The position numbers and the translations under genes are program-made. Of a stretch of 59,475 bases of DNA, positions 1-9,163 are shown piece after piece; position 1 is the first letter of the stretch; each line of letters starts with the position of its first letter. The DNA comes from an uncultured Lachnospiraceae bacterium (GTDB lineage: Bacteria; Bacillota; Clostridia; Oscillospirales; CAG-272), in the NCBI GenBank assembly GCA_964623895.1, contig CAZUWA010000003.1, positions 1-59,475 of the forward strand, in the 5' to 3' direction. The notes below the pieces were generated by a model that made no database searches, was not told the DNA's origin, and saw nothing but the letters and a program-made list of their open reading frames with translations.

Positions 1-184
1 CCAGAAAGCCCCACGAGGCAAAATGCTCGGCAACGGCGGTGTATTTGGACATGGGCACGCCGGTTCCGTTGCTCAGAACGATAATGGGATATGTACGGTT
101 ACTGCTACCTAAGTCGCTTGGATAGTAGATCAGGTACTTGCCAAATCCCTGCAAGGCGGCTTCTTCATAAGTTAATTCTTGCAT
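1..184 (-). CDS. alpha/beta-hydrolase fold protein (dienelactone hydrolase / chlorophyllase-like), N-terminal fragment; the gene runs off the left edge
   Basis: My own minus-strand translation from ATG at 184-182 gives MQELTYEEAALQGFGKYLIYYPSDLGSSNRTYPIIVLSNGTGVPMSKYTAVAEHFASWGF. GGAGGC lies 7 nt upstream (192-197). The sequence resembles the N-termini of chlorophyllase/PAF-acetylhydrolase-like esterases. The ORF is absent from the track because it is truncated. Confidence 0.5.
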   Translation of the reverse strand, partial: MQELTYEEAALQGFGKYLIYYPSDLGSSNRTYPIIVLSNGTGVPMSKYTAVAEHFASWGFL

Positions 185-315
185 TGTATTAGCCTCCGTA
201 AAATTCAAAACATCACAAAAAAACTCTGTAATTTGATGAAAAAATAAGCGATGCCAAGTTCTAAAACTCAGCATTGCTCATTTCGGTATTGCACCAACCT
301 TGCATGACAGATGCC

Positions 316-350
316 GTAAAACAGTTAAATTGTTCGTTTAACTGTTTTAC
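316..350. other. perfect 14-bp hairpin (GTAAAACAGTTAAA / TTTAACTGTTTTAC, 7-nt loop) in the spacer between the M28 peptidase gene and the hydrolase gene
   Basis: Read directly: 316-329 is the reverse complement of 337-350. The hairpin is nested inside an 8-bp outer pairing (297-304 with 368-375) that is followed by TTTTTT (377-382). Confidence 0.6.
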
Positions 351-388
351 ACCCCCCGCCCTATCGGTGCAAGGTCTTTTTTGATGAA

Positions 389-1675
389 TTATTCGGCAAT
401 GTTCCACTCTTTCTGCATAACAAGTACGTTCAATAAAGTGGAGAATTTCTCAAGATGTTCCATTGGGCGACCCGGGAAATATTTTTCGATATATTCGAGG
501 TAATCATTCTTGGTATTCATCAGCATACCGACAAGAACAGTCTCGCCATAACCTGTGTAATCCGGAATCTCCCAGTTGGTTGCTTCAAAATAGAGATAAG
601 GAACACCGATAGTAGCAAATGGTGCGTGGTCGCTCCAGTCTCCGGTAGAAGGAGACGCGTAGGAGGGGAATTCCTCACCGGAAGCTTGATCGTCGGGAGA
701 CAAATTATCCCACGTCCAAGGATTGCTCTTAAAAGTCATACCCAACTCTTCTGCAACTTTCATCGCATTGTCATAAGCCTCTGTTTGCTTTACCGTTTTT
801 GTTGCGTTATCCTGAACACCGCCATAGAGATAGCAGTAGTCACCACAAATAAGAGAGTCCATATTGATCATATAAAGTGTATTTGCAATTTCTTCTTCGG
901 TCATAGCATTAGCATATGCAGTCGAACCATATAATCCATATTCTTCGGCACTGAAAAACACAAATACGATCGTAAACTCATTGTTTGCATTGTAAAGTTT
1001 TTCCGCAGTAGTCAATGCCAACGCAATACCGGAACCGTTATCACCTGTTCCGTCGCCGTCATAGTGTGCACCAACAATGATCTGCTTTTCGGAATTGCCC
1101 TTTTTTGTCACGATAATATTTTCCGAGTAAATGGTGGCTTTCACATAATCCCCGTCATTACTCTCTTCGTACTGCCAACCTGAACGCTTATATAGTTTAC
1201 CGTCTGTTTCAATTTTTGCAACCGCACCTTCCAATGCCGACTTGCGCATATAGCGTGTAAAACTGAATTCCTGAAGTTCGATATCCTCGGAGATGTATCC
1301 TGCTTTGGTCAAATTCCACTGAATCCACTTTTGAGCAAACTTGAATTGTTCACCAGCTATGCAGTCACGATCCTTTATAGTGGCGTCAATGTATTTGACT
1401 TTTTCATAGCATTCTTCTGCATAGTGTTCTTCAAGTCCATCCGGATCAATAGCGACATCGTTCTCTTTGAGCTTATTCATAACGTTTTCTTCCATTTGAG
1501 CAACCTGTTCTTCCATCAACGTCATCTGCATTTTCATTTCTGTCAACTCTGCTTTCAACGCTTTAAGAGAAGCGTTTGTTTCAGAATTGCCCGTAGAACT
1601 ACTGCAAGCAACTATTGAGACCGCCATCACTGTAATAAGCAAGATCGCTACAATTTTTTTTATTGTGTTTTTCAT
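389..1675 (-). CDS. M28-family aminopeptidase, lipoprotein
   Basis: M28 zinc-site motifs are present: GAHYDGDGTGDNGSGIALALTTAEKL and FFSAEEYGLYGS. The signal peptide carries a lipobox (MAVSIVAC-SSS). Of the two ATGs downstream of GGAGG (1688-1684), the one at 1675 has 8-nt spacing and the one at 1681 only 2 nt. The track ORF start at 1729 is an upstream in-frame extension. Confidence 0.85.
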   Translation of the reverse strand: MKNTIKKIVAILLITVMAVSIVACSSSTGNSETNASLKALKAELTEMKMQMTLMEEQVAQMEENVMNKLKENDVAIDPDGLEEHYAEECYEKVKYIDATIKDRDCIAGEQFKFAQKWIQWNLTKAGYISEDIELQEFSFTRYMRKSALEGAVAKIETDGKLYKRSGWQYEESNDGDYVKATIYSENIIVTKKGNSEKQIIVGAHYDGDGTGDNGSGIALALTTAEKLYNANNEFTIVFVFFSAEEYGLYGSTAYANAMTEEEIANTLYMINMDSLICGDYCYLYGGVQDNATKTVKQTEAYDNAMKVAEELGMTFKSNPWTWDNLSPDDQASGEEFPSYASPSTGDWSDHAPFATIGVPYLYFEATNWEIPDYTGYGETVLVGMLMNTKNDYLEYIEKYFPGRPMEHLEKFSTLLNVLVMQKEWNIAE

Positions 1676-1708
1676 TTTCATTTCCTCCAAATGAATAAGT
1701 ATGCTTAT

Positions 1709-1736
1709 AGTATACTTATAAAAATTCATTTGTCAA
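1709..1736 (-). promoter_or_regulatory. sigma-A type promoter of the M28 peptidase gene (TTGACA-16-TATACT)
   Basis: The minus strand reads TTGACAaatgaatttttataagTATACT, about 30 nt upstream of the start codon. Confidence 0.55.
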
Positions 1737-1980
1737 CTGTTATTTTGCATAAATATTCACCAATTTGCGAATATTTTTTTATAAACAGCATTTTTGACGG
1801 ATCAATATTCACACATTCCATTTTTATAACACATGTATGATCATAAATCACGCCTGACAATTCCTGTTTTTTAGTACAATTAAATCGAAAACACGAACTA
1901 TCTTCGTATCACCATCTTATCTCTGCGGTGAATTGTCTGTAAATTGATACACCACTAACTAATCTAATGATTTTATAATG

Positions 1981-2019
1981 AACACAAAACGGCGGCGCAG
2001 CAAAAGCTACGCCGCCGTT
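1981..2019 (-). terminator. intrinsic terminator downstream of the PBP gene
   Basis: The minus strand reads ACGGCGGCG-tagcttttgctg-CGCCGCCGT followed by TTTTGTGTT. This is a 9-bp GC-rich stem, 50 nt after the stop codon. Confidence 0.8.
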
Positions 2020-2070
2020 TTATATAAATCTTCGTTACCCCCTCGGCAAACAAGACCGATATTTTCTCTG

Positions 2071-4650
2071 TCATTCTTCTCTCGAACGTGAATAAATCTC
2101 TTCCGGCGGTAAGACATATACCGTCTCTTGAACGGCTGACTGAGGTGCCAAAGGCGTCAAGAACGATTCTCCTGTGTGTGTTTTGCAAATCTTAGAATAG
2201 GTTGATACGTGCCCTTTATAAGTTCCGTCACCGTTAGAATAAAATACATATTTTTCATCCGACAAATAGACGTACTTTCCGTTAGGATACCGGTCTCTTG
2301 CAATTTCGTTCACAACAATGACCCTCTCCTCACAGCAATCGTCCGGGCAATACTCATTCGCCAATGCTGTACCTTCTTTGCAGTAGTGAACAGTCACGTG
2401 GCAATTACAATATTCTGTCGGCATATTGTCTACCGTATAATACCCTGTCATAGTTCTGGATCCGCGTTCGTCTTTTTTACACGCATCGGTAGCAAGCAGA
2501 CCGCAGTCCCGACAGAAAGTAAGTTTAATAACACCCGGATCTATAATATCCTCATAGGTTTTTGCGATCTTATTGCCTTTTTGATCTATTGTGTAGTTGA
2601 AGTCTCCATTTTCATTTTTTGTAAACACTAGCTCTTCATGAAGTTTGGTCATGCAGTAATCCCACAATTTCATTGAAGGATTGCCGCTGAAATTACTGAG
2701 ATTTTGCTCTTTTTCATAGCCAAACCACACGCCACCAAGATAATATGGCGTATAACCAACGAACCACTTATCATTGTTTTTGGAAGTTGTACCGGTCTTA
2801 CCGGCACAAAACACTTTGTTTCTTAACGTAACTTTGGTTGCTGTGCCGTTTACAACTACATTGTTCAGCATTTTGGTCATAATTGATGCATTTTCTTTCG
2901 ACATTGCAACTTCTGTCTTCAGCAAATTATCTACAACCAATTCTTCGTCACTGTCATAGATTTTCAAAACAGTTCTCGGCTCACAAAAAACACCGTCATT
3001 TGTAAAAGCAGTGTATCCTCCCACCATTTCTCTGACAGTCACACCGTAGGTAAATCCACCAAGTGCCAACGAAGCCAACGTCAGATCGTTCATCACCGTG
3101 CCATTGACCACCGTTCCTTCCTGAAGAGTGGTAAAGTGCAGTTTTTCTGTCAAATATTTGAAAGAATAGTCTATACCTAAACAATCAACCAATTTGACAG
3201 CGAGGGTATTGATCGAACTGGTAATCCCACTTATCATTGGCTGTAAACCTTTGTAGTAATTGTATGAGTTTTTCGGCCAAGCCCTGCCATCTTCATAATG
3301 ATGCGGGGTGTCGTCCATAACTGTAGAATAGTTGATGATCCCCTTATCAAGTGCAGGTCCGTATGCCGAAAGCGGTTTGATTGCAGAACCAACTTGACGC
3401 TTTGCTTGGGTTGCATAGTTGAAAATCCTGCTTTTGAATTTCTCTCCTCTTCCTCCAACCAGTCCGAGAATATTGCCACTGCTCGGATCGACTACTACGA
3501 TTGCAGACTGTGGTTTGATCATGCCGGGACTTGCACCGACAATCTCGTCCACGAGAGAATCGTTGGCATAAATATCCTCTAAGATCTTCTGAACCTTCTG
3601 ATCCATAGCAGTCACGATCTTAAAGCCACCGGTGTAAAGCATCTGCTCCGCAACGGCATAGGACACCTCATATTGTTCCATCAACAGATCAATGGTATCC
3701 TCTATGACTGCATCCACATACCAGGATGTCGCACTGTTATTGCCCGATGACGTATTACCATCTTCATCCGAATCCGTATTTGCTTTATAGATTACAAGTT
3801 CTGCATCATAAGCAAGATCATACTCTGCTTTGGTGATCTTGCCTTGATCGAGCATATTGTTAAGAATGGTATTTCGTCTGATAATATTGTTCTCCGGGTG
3901 AATCTTTGGATCCCATTTGGAAGGATTTTGCGTAATGGAAGCGATTGCCGCACATTCGACCAAACTCAGTTCCGAAACAGACTTTCCGAAATAAACATAG
4001 GAAGCGGATTGTACACCGTTACAGCCTTGCGACAGATAAATGGTATTAAGATACATTTCCAAGATCTGTTCCTTGCTGTATTCCTTTTCCAGATTGATCG
4101 CTCTGAAGATTTCTTCGATCTTTCTTTGCGGTGTATTATCATTATCCCCTGTGATATTTTTGATCAACTGCTGCGTTAAAGTAGAACCTCCTGAGTCTGA
4201 ACGTCCGATCAAATACAGCACCGTTGCACGAGAAGTTCTGATCCAGTCCACTCCGTTGTGGTCGAAAAAGCGCTTATCTTCCGTCGAAACATAGGCATCA
4301 ATCAGATATTGCGGAATCTCCTCATAGTCAACCCAAACGCGATTTTCCGATTCATACAGTTTTTGATCCTCTAATTCACTCAATTCTCCGGATTCATTTT
4401 CAACATAGATCTGGGAGGTTTGCTTCTGATCGGTTGCCAAAATCTCAAAGCCGTCAATTGTTGAATCAACATAACCTGAAAGATAGACAGCAAAAGCAAT
4501 ACCGCAGATCAGTGCGCACAGCAGTCCAATAATGCCGATGGTGACAAATAGACAGAATATGACGGAGAATATTCCTTTAACGCCACTGAACACAAAAGAT
4601 AGCGCATCACCGATTTCTCTTCCCCATTCAATTTTCTTTTTCGTTGCCAT
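2071..4650 (-). CDS. class A penicillin-binding protein (bifunctional glycosyltransferase GT51 / transpeptidase) with a Cys-rich C-terminal extension
   Basis: An N-terminal TM anchor is followed by GT51 motifs EDKRFFDHNGVD, GGSTLTQQL and RKIEE. The transpeptidase motifs SxxK (GSAIKP), SxN (NSYN) and KTGTT are all present. Confidence 0.93.
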   Translation of the reverse strand: MATKKKIEWGREIGDALSFVFSGVKGIFSVIFCLFVTIGIIGLLCALICGIAFAVYLSGYVDSTIDGFEILATDQKQTSQIYVENESGELSELEDQKLYESENRVWVDYEEIPQYLIDAYVSTEDKRFFDHNGVDWIRTSRATVLYLIGRSDSGGSTLTQQLIKNITGDNDNTPQRKIEEIFRAINLEKEYSKEQILEMYLNTIYLSQGCNGVQSASYVYFGKSVSELSLVECAAIASITQNPSKWDPKIHPENNIIRRNTILNNMLDQGKITKAEYDLAYDAELVIYKANTDSDEDGNTSSGNNSATSWYVDAVIEDTIDLLMEQYEVSYAVAEQMLYTGGFKIVTAMDQKVQKILEDIYANDSLVDEIVGASPGMIKPQSAIVVVDPSSGNILGLVGGRGEKFKSRIFNYATQAKRQVGSAIKPLSAYGPALDKGIINYSTVMDDTPHHYEDGRAWPKNSYNYYKGLQPMISGITSSINTLAVKLVDCLGIDYSFKYLTEKLHFTTLQEGTVVNGTVMNDLTLASLALGGFTYGVTVREMVGGYTAFTNDGVFCEPRTVLKIYDSDEELVVDNLLKTEVAMSKENASIMTKMLNNVVVNGTATKVTLRNKVFCAGKTGTTSKNNDKWFVGYTPYYLGGVWFGYEKEQNLSNFSGNPSMKLWDYCMTKLHEELVFTKNENGDFNYTIDQKGNKIAKTYEDIIDPGVIKLTFCRDCGLLATDACKKDERGSRTMTGYYTVDNMPTEYCNCHVTVHYCKEGTALANEYCPDDCCEERVIVVNEIARDRYPNGKYVYLSDEKYVFYSNGDGTYKGHVSTYSKICKTHTGESFLTPLAPQSAVQETVYVLPPEEIYSRSREE

Positions 4651-4665
4651 AGTTTTTCTTCTTTC

Positions 4666-7600
4666 TCATTTTAAAACAATGTTTTCGTCACCTGCAATGC
4701 TCTTCATTACAGATATCAAATACGCGCTCGGAAGAATCCTTTTCCCGCTGTCTGTATACTTGGCAGTGGAAGGATGATACAATATACAAGGTATTCCCTG
4801 TCCGTGAAAAATATTTAAAAGTGCATATAAACGCCGATCTGTTTTCTCGTCCTCTGTAAGTTTGATATACAGTTTTCTGTATATTCGTTTCTCTGCTTGC
4901 AAAGTTGAGACCGACTTTTGAGGAACGACTTCCTTTTTAACTTGTTTACCGATCATTTCTTCCGGAACAAATCCACTTGCAGTCATTTCTTCATTTGAAA
5001 GAAGCGGTACAAGGTCAAAAACAGTCAGTTTGGGGCGTTCCTCTTCTTTTACAGATACTTTCCCCGTAAGATACACAGCACGTCCAAGCGTTAAAAGCGG
5101 TAAAATACGATCAAGTACCTTGTCAAAAATCAACCCTTCGATCTGTCCGCTCTCATCTTCCAGTTTTAAAACCGCAAAACGGTTTCCTGCCTTGGATGTT
5201 TTACGATTTATTCCGGATATCATGGCACACAGTTTTACAGTGTCTCCGCTCCTGATATTTCCAATCTCCTCCCCGTCTTCTGAAAAAGAAGACAGAATAT
5301 CATAAACAGATAGCGCGTCCATGGCTTTGATATTCATTGAATAATCTCCAAGCGGATGTCCGGAAAACCACATGCCGGTCAGTTCTTTTTCGGTAACCAA
5401 ACGTTCCGCAAGGCTATATTCCTGCATTTGTGGGAATTCAAATTCAATGTTTTCAGAAAGAGGAGAGTTTGCCATTGAAAACAGATCGATCTGTGCTTCT
5501 TCAAGTTTGGCACGCTTTTGAGAAACATAAGTCAAAAGCAATTCCGCACTTTCTGTAAGTTGGCTTCGATAAAGCAAAAAACTGTCGAATGCGCCGGCTC
5601 CGATCAAGGATAATAATTGATTTTTCCCTAATCCATGTTCCTGCATTCTCAAAGCAAAGTCGACAGGCGATCGGAATTTTTCCTCTTGTCGACAATTCAG
5701 AATATCGTTTGCAAATCCAACACCGATATTCTTGATACCCAATAATCCAAACCGAACGCCTTGATCGGTGGGAGAAAAATGGAGTCCACTTTCATTGATA
5801 TCAGGCGGCAGAATATGAATATTCCTCGATTCAAGTGCAGAAATATACTCCGCAGTCTTTCCCGCATCCCCGCAAACAGAGGAGAGCAACGCAGAAATAT
5901 ATTCTTTTGGATAGTGCGCCTTTAGGTATGCAGTCTGATAGGAAAGGACCGCATAGGCAGCCGCATGACTTTTATTGAAAGCGTAACTTGCAAAAGAAGC
6001 CATACTATCAAAAAGTCGGTTTGCCGCTTCCCTGTCGATGCAGTTTTTTACTGCACCTTCAAGAAATCCGCTCCGCTCCGCTTCCAGTTCGTCTGCATGC
6101 TTTTTTGCCATAGCGCGTCGAACGATATCCGCTCTGCCGTAAGAATATCCTGCGACTTTGCGAAAGATCTGCATAACTTGCTCTTGATAGACAATGCATC
6201 CGGAAGTGGAATCGAGAATGTCCGCAAGGACCGAAATTTCATATTCCGGCTTTTTTCCACTGTTTCTGGCAGCAATGAGTGTGGGAATCGAATCCATAGG
6301 TCCAGGTCGATATAAAGCAATCGCGATCATCAGATCGTCCACACTTTTCGGCTTCATTTGTATAAGCAATCGCTTCATGCCGGCAGATTCCAACTGAAAC
6401 ACTCCATCGGTTTCGCCTGCTGAAATCATTTTAAAGGTTTCTTCATCAGCCATTTCATTGTCGTCCAACGAGAAGGATGGCTGATATCTGCGGACAAACT
6501 TCACCGCATCATCAATAACCGTAAGATATCGAAGAGCCAAAAAGTCAAATTTAAGAAACCCCAGTTCCGCCACAGTGTTCATATCGTACTGTGTCAACAC
6601 TGCGCCGGAAGAAGTCGTCAAGGGCATATAATCGGAAACCGGATTTTCAGTAATAACCACCCCCGCTGCGTGCGTTGTAATATGTCTGGGCATTCCTTCC
6701 ACAGCCATTGCCGTATCAAGAAGTTGTTTCACCGAACTGCTTTCATTGTATAATGTAAGCAGTTCCGTATTTTCAAGCGCTTTTTTGATCGTCATATCCG
6801 GTCTATGGGGAATTAGTTTGGCGACAGTATCGGTATCGGCATAAGAAATGCCGAGCACTCTTCCGACATCACGCACCGCCGCGCGTGCACCCAATGTTCC
6901 AAATGCCGCGATCTGAGAAACGTGGTCCCTGCCATATTTGTCGGCTACATATCGGATAACTTCATCTCTGCGATTGTAACAAAAGTCAACATCAAAGTCA
7001 GGCATGCTCACTCGTTCAGGGTTCAAAAAACGTTCAAACAGCAGATCATACCGTATTGAATCAATTTCGGTAATGCCGATCAAATATGCCACCAAACTGC
7101 CTGCACCCGAACCTCTTCCGGGACCGACGGGAATACCTTGGTTTTTAGCATAGGTCACAAAGTCTCTGACAATCAGATAGTAATCGGCATAGCCCATTTT
7201 GGTGATCATCATCAACTCATAGATCATCCTGAATTTGTAGTCGTCAAAGCTGTGATGAACAAGGTCAAGTTTCCCATTTTCGTTAAACTTCTTAAGTCCC
7301 TCTTCCGATAGTTGTTGCAAGTGTCGGTTGGCAGTCATACCGCTTGGCAAAGGATATGTCGGCAGATGTCTTTTGCTAAAATCAAAATCAAAACCGCAAC
7401 GCTCCGCTATTTTTACGGTATTATCAACCGCCTCCGGACATTCTTTAAAGAGAGCGCGCATTTCTTCTTCTGTTTTAAGGTAATATTCGTCGTTCTTAAA
7501 TCCGAGCGGTCTGCCGCCCGAGAGCAATTCACCCGTTTGAATACACGTCAACACCGCCTGATATTCAGCGTCGTTTTTTTGAATATAATGTGCGTCGTTG

Positions 7601-8202
7601 GTTGCAACAAGCGGAATACCTGTTTTTTCAGAAAGTTTAATAAGCCCGTACCTGATCTTGTCTTCCTCTTCAGTGAGGTGATTTTGAACTTCTAAATAGA
7701 AATTCTCTTTTCCAAACAATTCTGCATAGGCGAGCGCTTCTTTTTGCGCATCCTCCTGAAGATCGGAAAGGATCAAAGAAGGAATTCTTCCCGCAAGACA
7801 GCCGGAAAGCGCAATCAAGCCTTCATGATAGATTTTTAATAACTCATCATCGATCCGTGGCTTGCCGTAAAAGCCTTCCGTATAACCAAGAGAAATGAGT
7901 TTTGAAAGATTTCTATATCCAATTTCGTCTTTGCAAAGCAAAACAAGATGGTGATACTTTGCATCCTTGTCCTTGTCAAATCTCAAATGAGGCGCAACAT
8001 ATACCTCGCACCCAATAATCGGCTTAATCTCTTTTTTCTTGCAAGCTTTGTAGAAGGCGACTGCTCCGAACATATTACCGTGATCCGTGATAGCAAGAGC
8101 AGTTTGTCCAACTTCTTTGACCGCGGCAGGAAGATCTGCAATGCGGCAAGCACCATCCAGCATACTGTACTCACTGTGTAAATGCAAATGCGCAAAAGCC
8201 AT
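4666..8202 (-). CDS. dnaE: DNA polymerase III alpha subunit (DnaE type)
   Basis: The protein has a PHP domain start (FAHLHLHSEYSMLDG), a length near 1180 aa and conserved polymerase-core and OB regions. I prefer the start at the ATG at 8202, which has GGAGGG 7 nt upstream. The 10-codon track extension would overlap whiA. Confidence 0.95.
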   Translation of the reverse strand: MAFAHLHLHSEYSMLDGACRIADLPAAVKEVGQTALAITDHGNMFGAVAFYKACKKKEIKPIIGCEVYVAPHLRFDKDKDAKYHHLVLLCKDEIGYRNLSKLISLGYTEGFYGKPRIDDELLKIYHEGLIALSGCLAGRIPSLILSDLQEDAQKEALAYAELFGKENFYLEVQNHLTEEEDKIRYGLIKLSEKTGIPLVATNDAHYIQKNDAEYQAVLTCIQTGELLSGGRPLGFKNDEYYLKTEEEMRALFKECPEAVDNTVKIAERCGFDFDFSKRHLPTYPLPSGMTANRHLQQLSEEGLKKFNENGKLDLVHHSFDDYKFRMIYELMMITKMGYADYYLIVRDFVTYAKNQGIPVGPGRGSGAGSLVAYLIGITEIDSIRYDLLFERFLNPERVSMPDFDVDFCYNRRDEVIRYVADKYGRDHVSQIAAFGTLGARAAVRDVGRVLGISYADTDTVAKLIPHRPDMTIKKALENTELLTLYNESSSVKQLLDTAMAVEGMPRHITTHAAGVVITENPVSDYMPLTTSSGAVLTQYDMNTVAELGFLKFDFLALRYLTVIDDAVKFVRRYQPSFSLDDNEMADEETFKMISAGETDGVFQLESAGMKRLLIQMKPKSVDDLMIAIALYRPGPMDSIPTLIAARNSGKKPEYEISVLADILDSTSGCIVYQEQVMQIFRKVAGYSYGRADIVRRAMAKKHADELEAERSGFLEGAVKNCIDREAANRLFDSMASFASYAFNKSHAAAYAVLSYQTAYLKAHYPKEYISALLSSVCGDAGKTAEYISALESRNIHILPPDINESGLHFSPTDQGVRFGLLGIKNIGVGFANDILNCRQEEKFRSPVDFALRMQEHGLGKNQLLSLIGAGAFDSFLLYRSQLTESAELLLTYVSQKRAKLEEAQIDLFSMANSPLSENIEFEFPQMQEYSLAERLVTEKELTGMWFSGHPLGDYSMNIKAMDALSVYDILSSFSEDGEEIGNIRSGDTVKLCAMISGINRKTSKAGNRFAVLKLEDESGQIEGLIFDKVLDRILPLLTLGRAVYLTGKVSVKEEERPKLTVFDLVPLLSNEEMTASGFVPEEMIGKQVKKEVVPQKSVSTLQAEKRIYRKLYIKLTEDEKTDRRLYALLNIFHGQGIPCILYHPSTAKYTDSGKRILPSAYLISVMKSIAGDENIVLK

Positions 8203-8228
8203 CGCGACACCCTCCCTTTTATAAGATC

Positions 8229-9146
8229 TCAATCGTTGGTCATTTTTTGATAAAATTCCGTAATCTTCGCAAATCGGTGATTGATTCCCGATTTGCTGAT
8301 CGGCGGTTGATGCATCTCGGCAAGTTCTGACAAAGACGCCTCTGGATTTTCTAAACGCAACATTGCCGTTTTTTGTAGTTCTATCGGCAACTGATCGAAT
8401 AGTTGCGCATTTTTTAAAGCCTTGATCACTTTGATCAACGCCTGTGCTTTTTCCGTCATCTTACTGATATTTGCGGTATCACAATTAGATCGTCTGTTTT
8501 GCTCATTACGGATGTCGCGATAGATCTTCATATTCATAATGGTAAGCGCCGCTTGAGAAGCACCGATATATGTTAAGAAGTCTTCAATCGATTCACTGTC
8601 TTTGATATAGACTGTGCAACCGGACCTCCGCAAGACATGCTTTGCGGAAAAACCAAAAGAGGACAGCAGTTCCTCCATCGTAATTGCCAAATGCGTGTTT
8701 TCAAAGACAAATTCCATGCGATATCCTGTTTGCGGATCGGAAAGCGTTCCTGCTGTCATAAAAGCGCCGCGCAAAAAATAGCGCAAACAATCCTGACAGA
8801 CGAGCAATTGTGGATTGATCGCACCGTCGCAATCCTCCGGAAGCGTACAGTCATCGAAAATTTTCTTCAGGTTTTCCTTCGCGGCAACAGTCAGTTTATA
8901 ACTGCTCACCTTATGCTCACCCGATTTTTTTTCGCTGATATACAAGTTTCCTTTGATTCCGTATACCGTCTGAAGCAACTGCAAAATGAGTTCACTCGTA
9001 CGCTCGTGCTCGGTAATAAGCCTGATCTTTTCGATCGAAAACTTATTTCCGCAAAGAAGCATTCCGTACAATAGTGCCCTTTTGCAACATCTGTTTTTAC
9101 AGGGAAGAGCGCAGAGATCGTTTTTGGTATCTTTACAAAATGACAA
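8229..9146 (-). CDS. whiA: DNA-binding sporulation/cell-division regulator WhiA
   Basis: Its length of 305 aa, degenerate LAGLIDADG-like N-terminal domains and C-terminal HTH (SKSGINHRF) are typical of the WhiA family. Confidence 0.9.
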   Translation of the reverse strand: MSFCKDTKNDLCALPCKNRCCKRALLYGMLLCGNKFSIEKIRLITEHERTSELILQLLQTVYGIKGNLYISEKKSGEHKVSSYKLTVAAKENLKKIFDDCTLPEDCDGAINPQLLVCQDCLRYFLRGAFMTAGTLSDPQTGYRMEFVFENTHLAITMEELLSSFGFSAKHVLRRSGCTVYIKDSESIEDFLTYIGASQAALTIMNMKIYRDIRNEQNRRSNCDTANISKMTEKAQALIKVIKALKNAQLFDQLPIELQKTAMLRLENPEASLSELAEMHQPPISKSGINHRFAKITEFYQKMTND

Positions 9147-9163
9147 ACTCTTCCCCTCCTTTT

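Noticed and set aside
455-934. Long antisense ORFs lying inside well-supported genes. Examples are 455-934(+), 2209-2631(+), 7312-7695(+), 10130-10624(+), 10955-11560(+), 40064-40552(-), 41964-42443(-), 47172-47751(+), 54945-55382(+) and 58230-58841(+).
   Set aside because: Each lies entirely opposite a gene with clear family motifs. They have low-complexity or odd composition (rich in S/F/L/R/C), no convincing SD and no recognisable domains. These are typical shadow ORFs.
1973-2188. A 71-aa ORF spanning the PBP stop and terminator.
   Set aside because: It overlaps the 3' end of the PBP gene and runs through the terminator hairpin. It has no SD.
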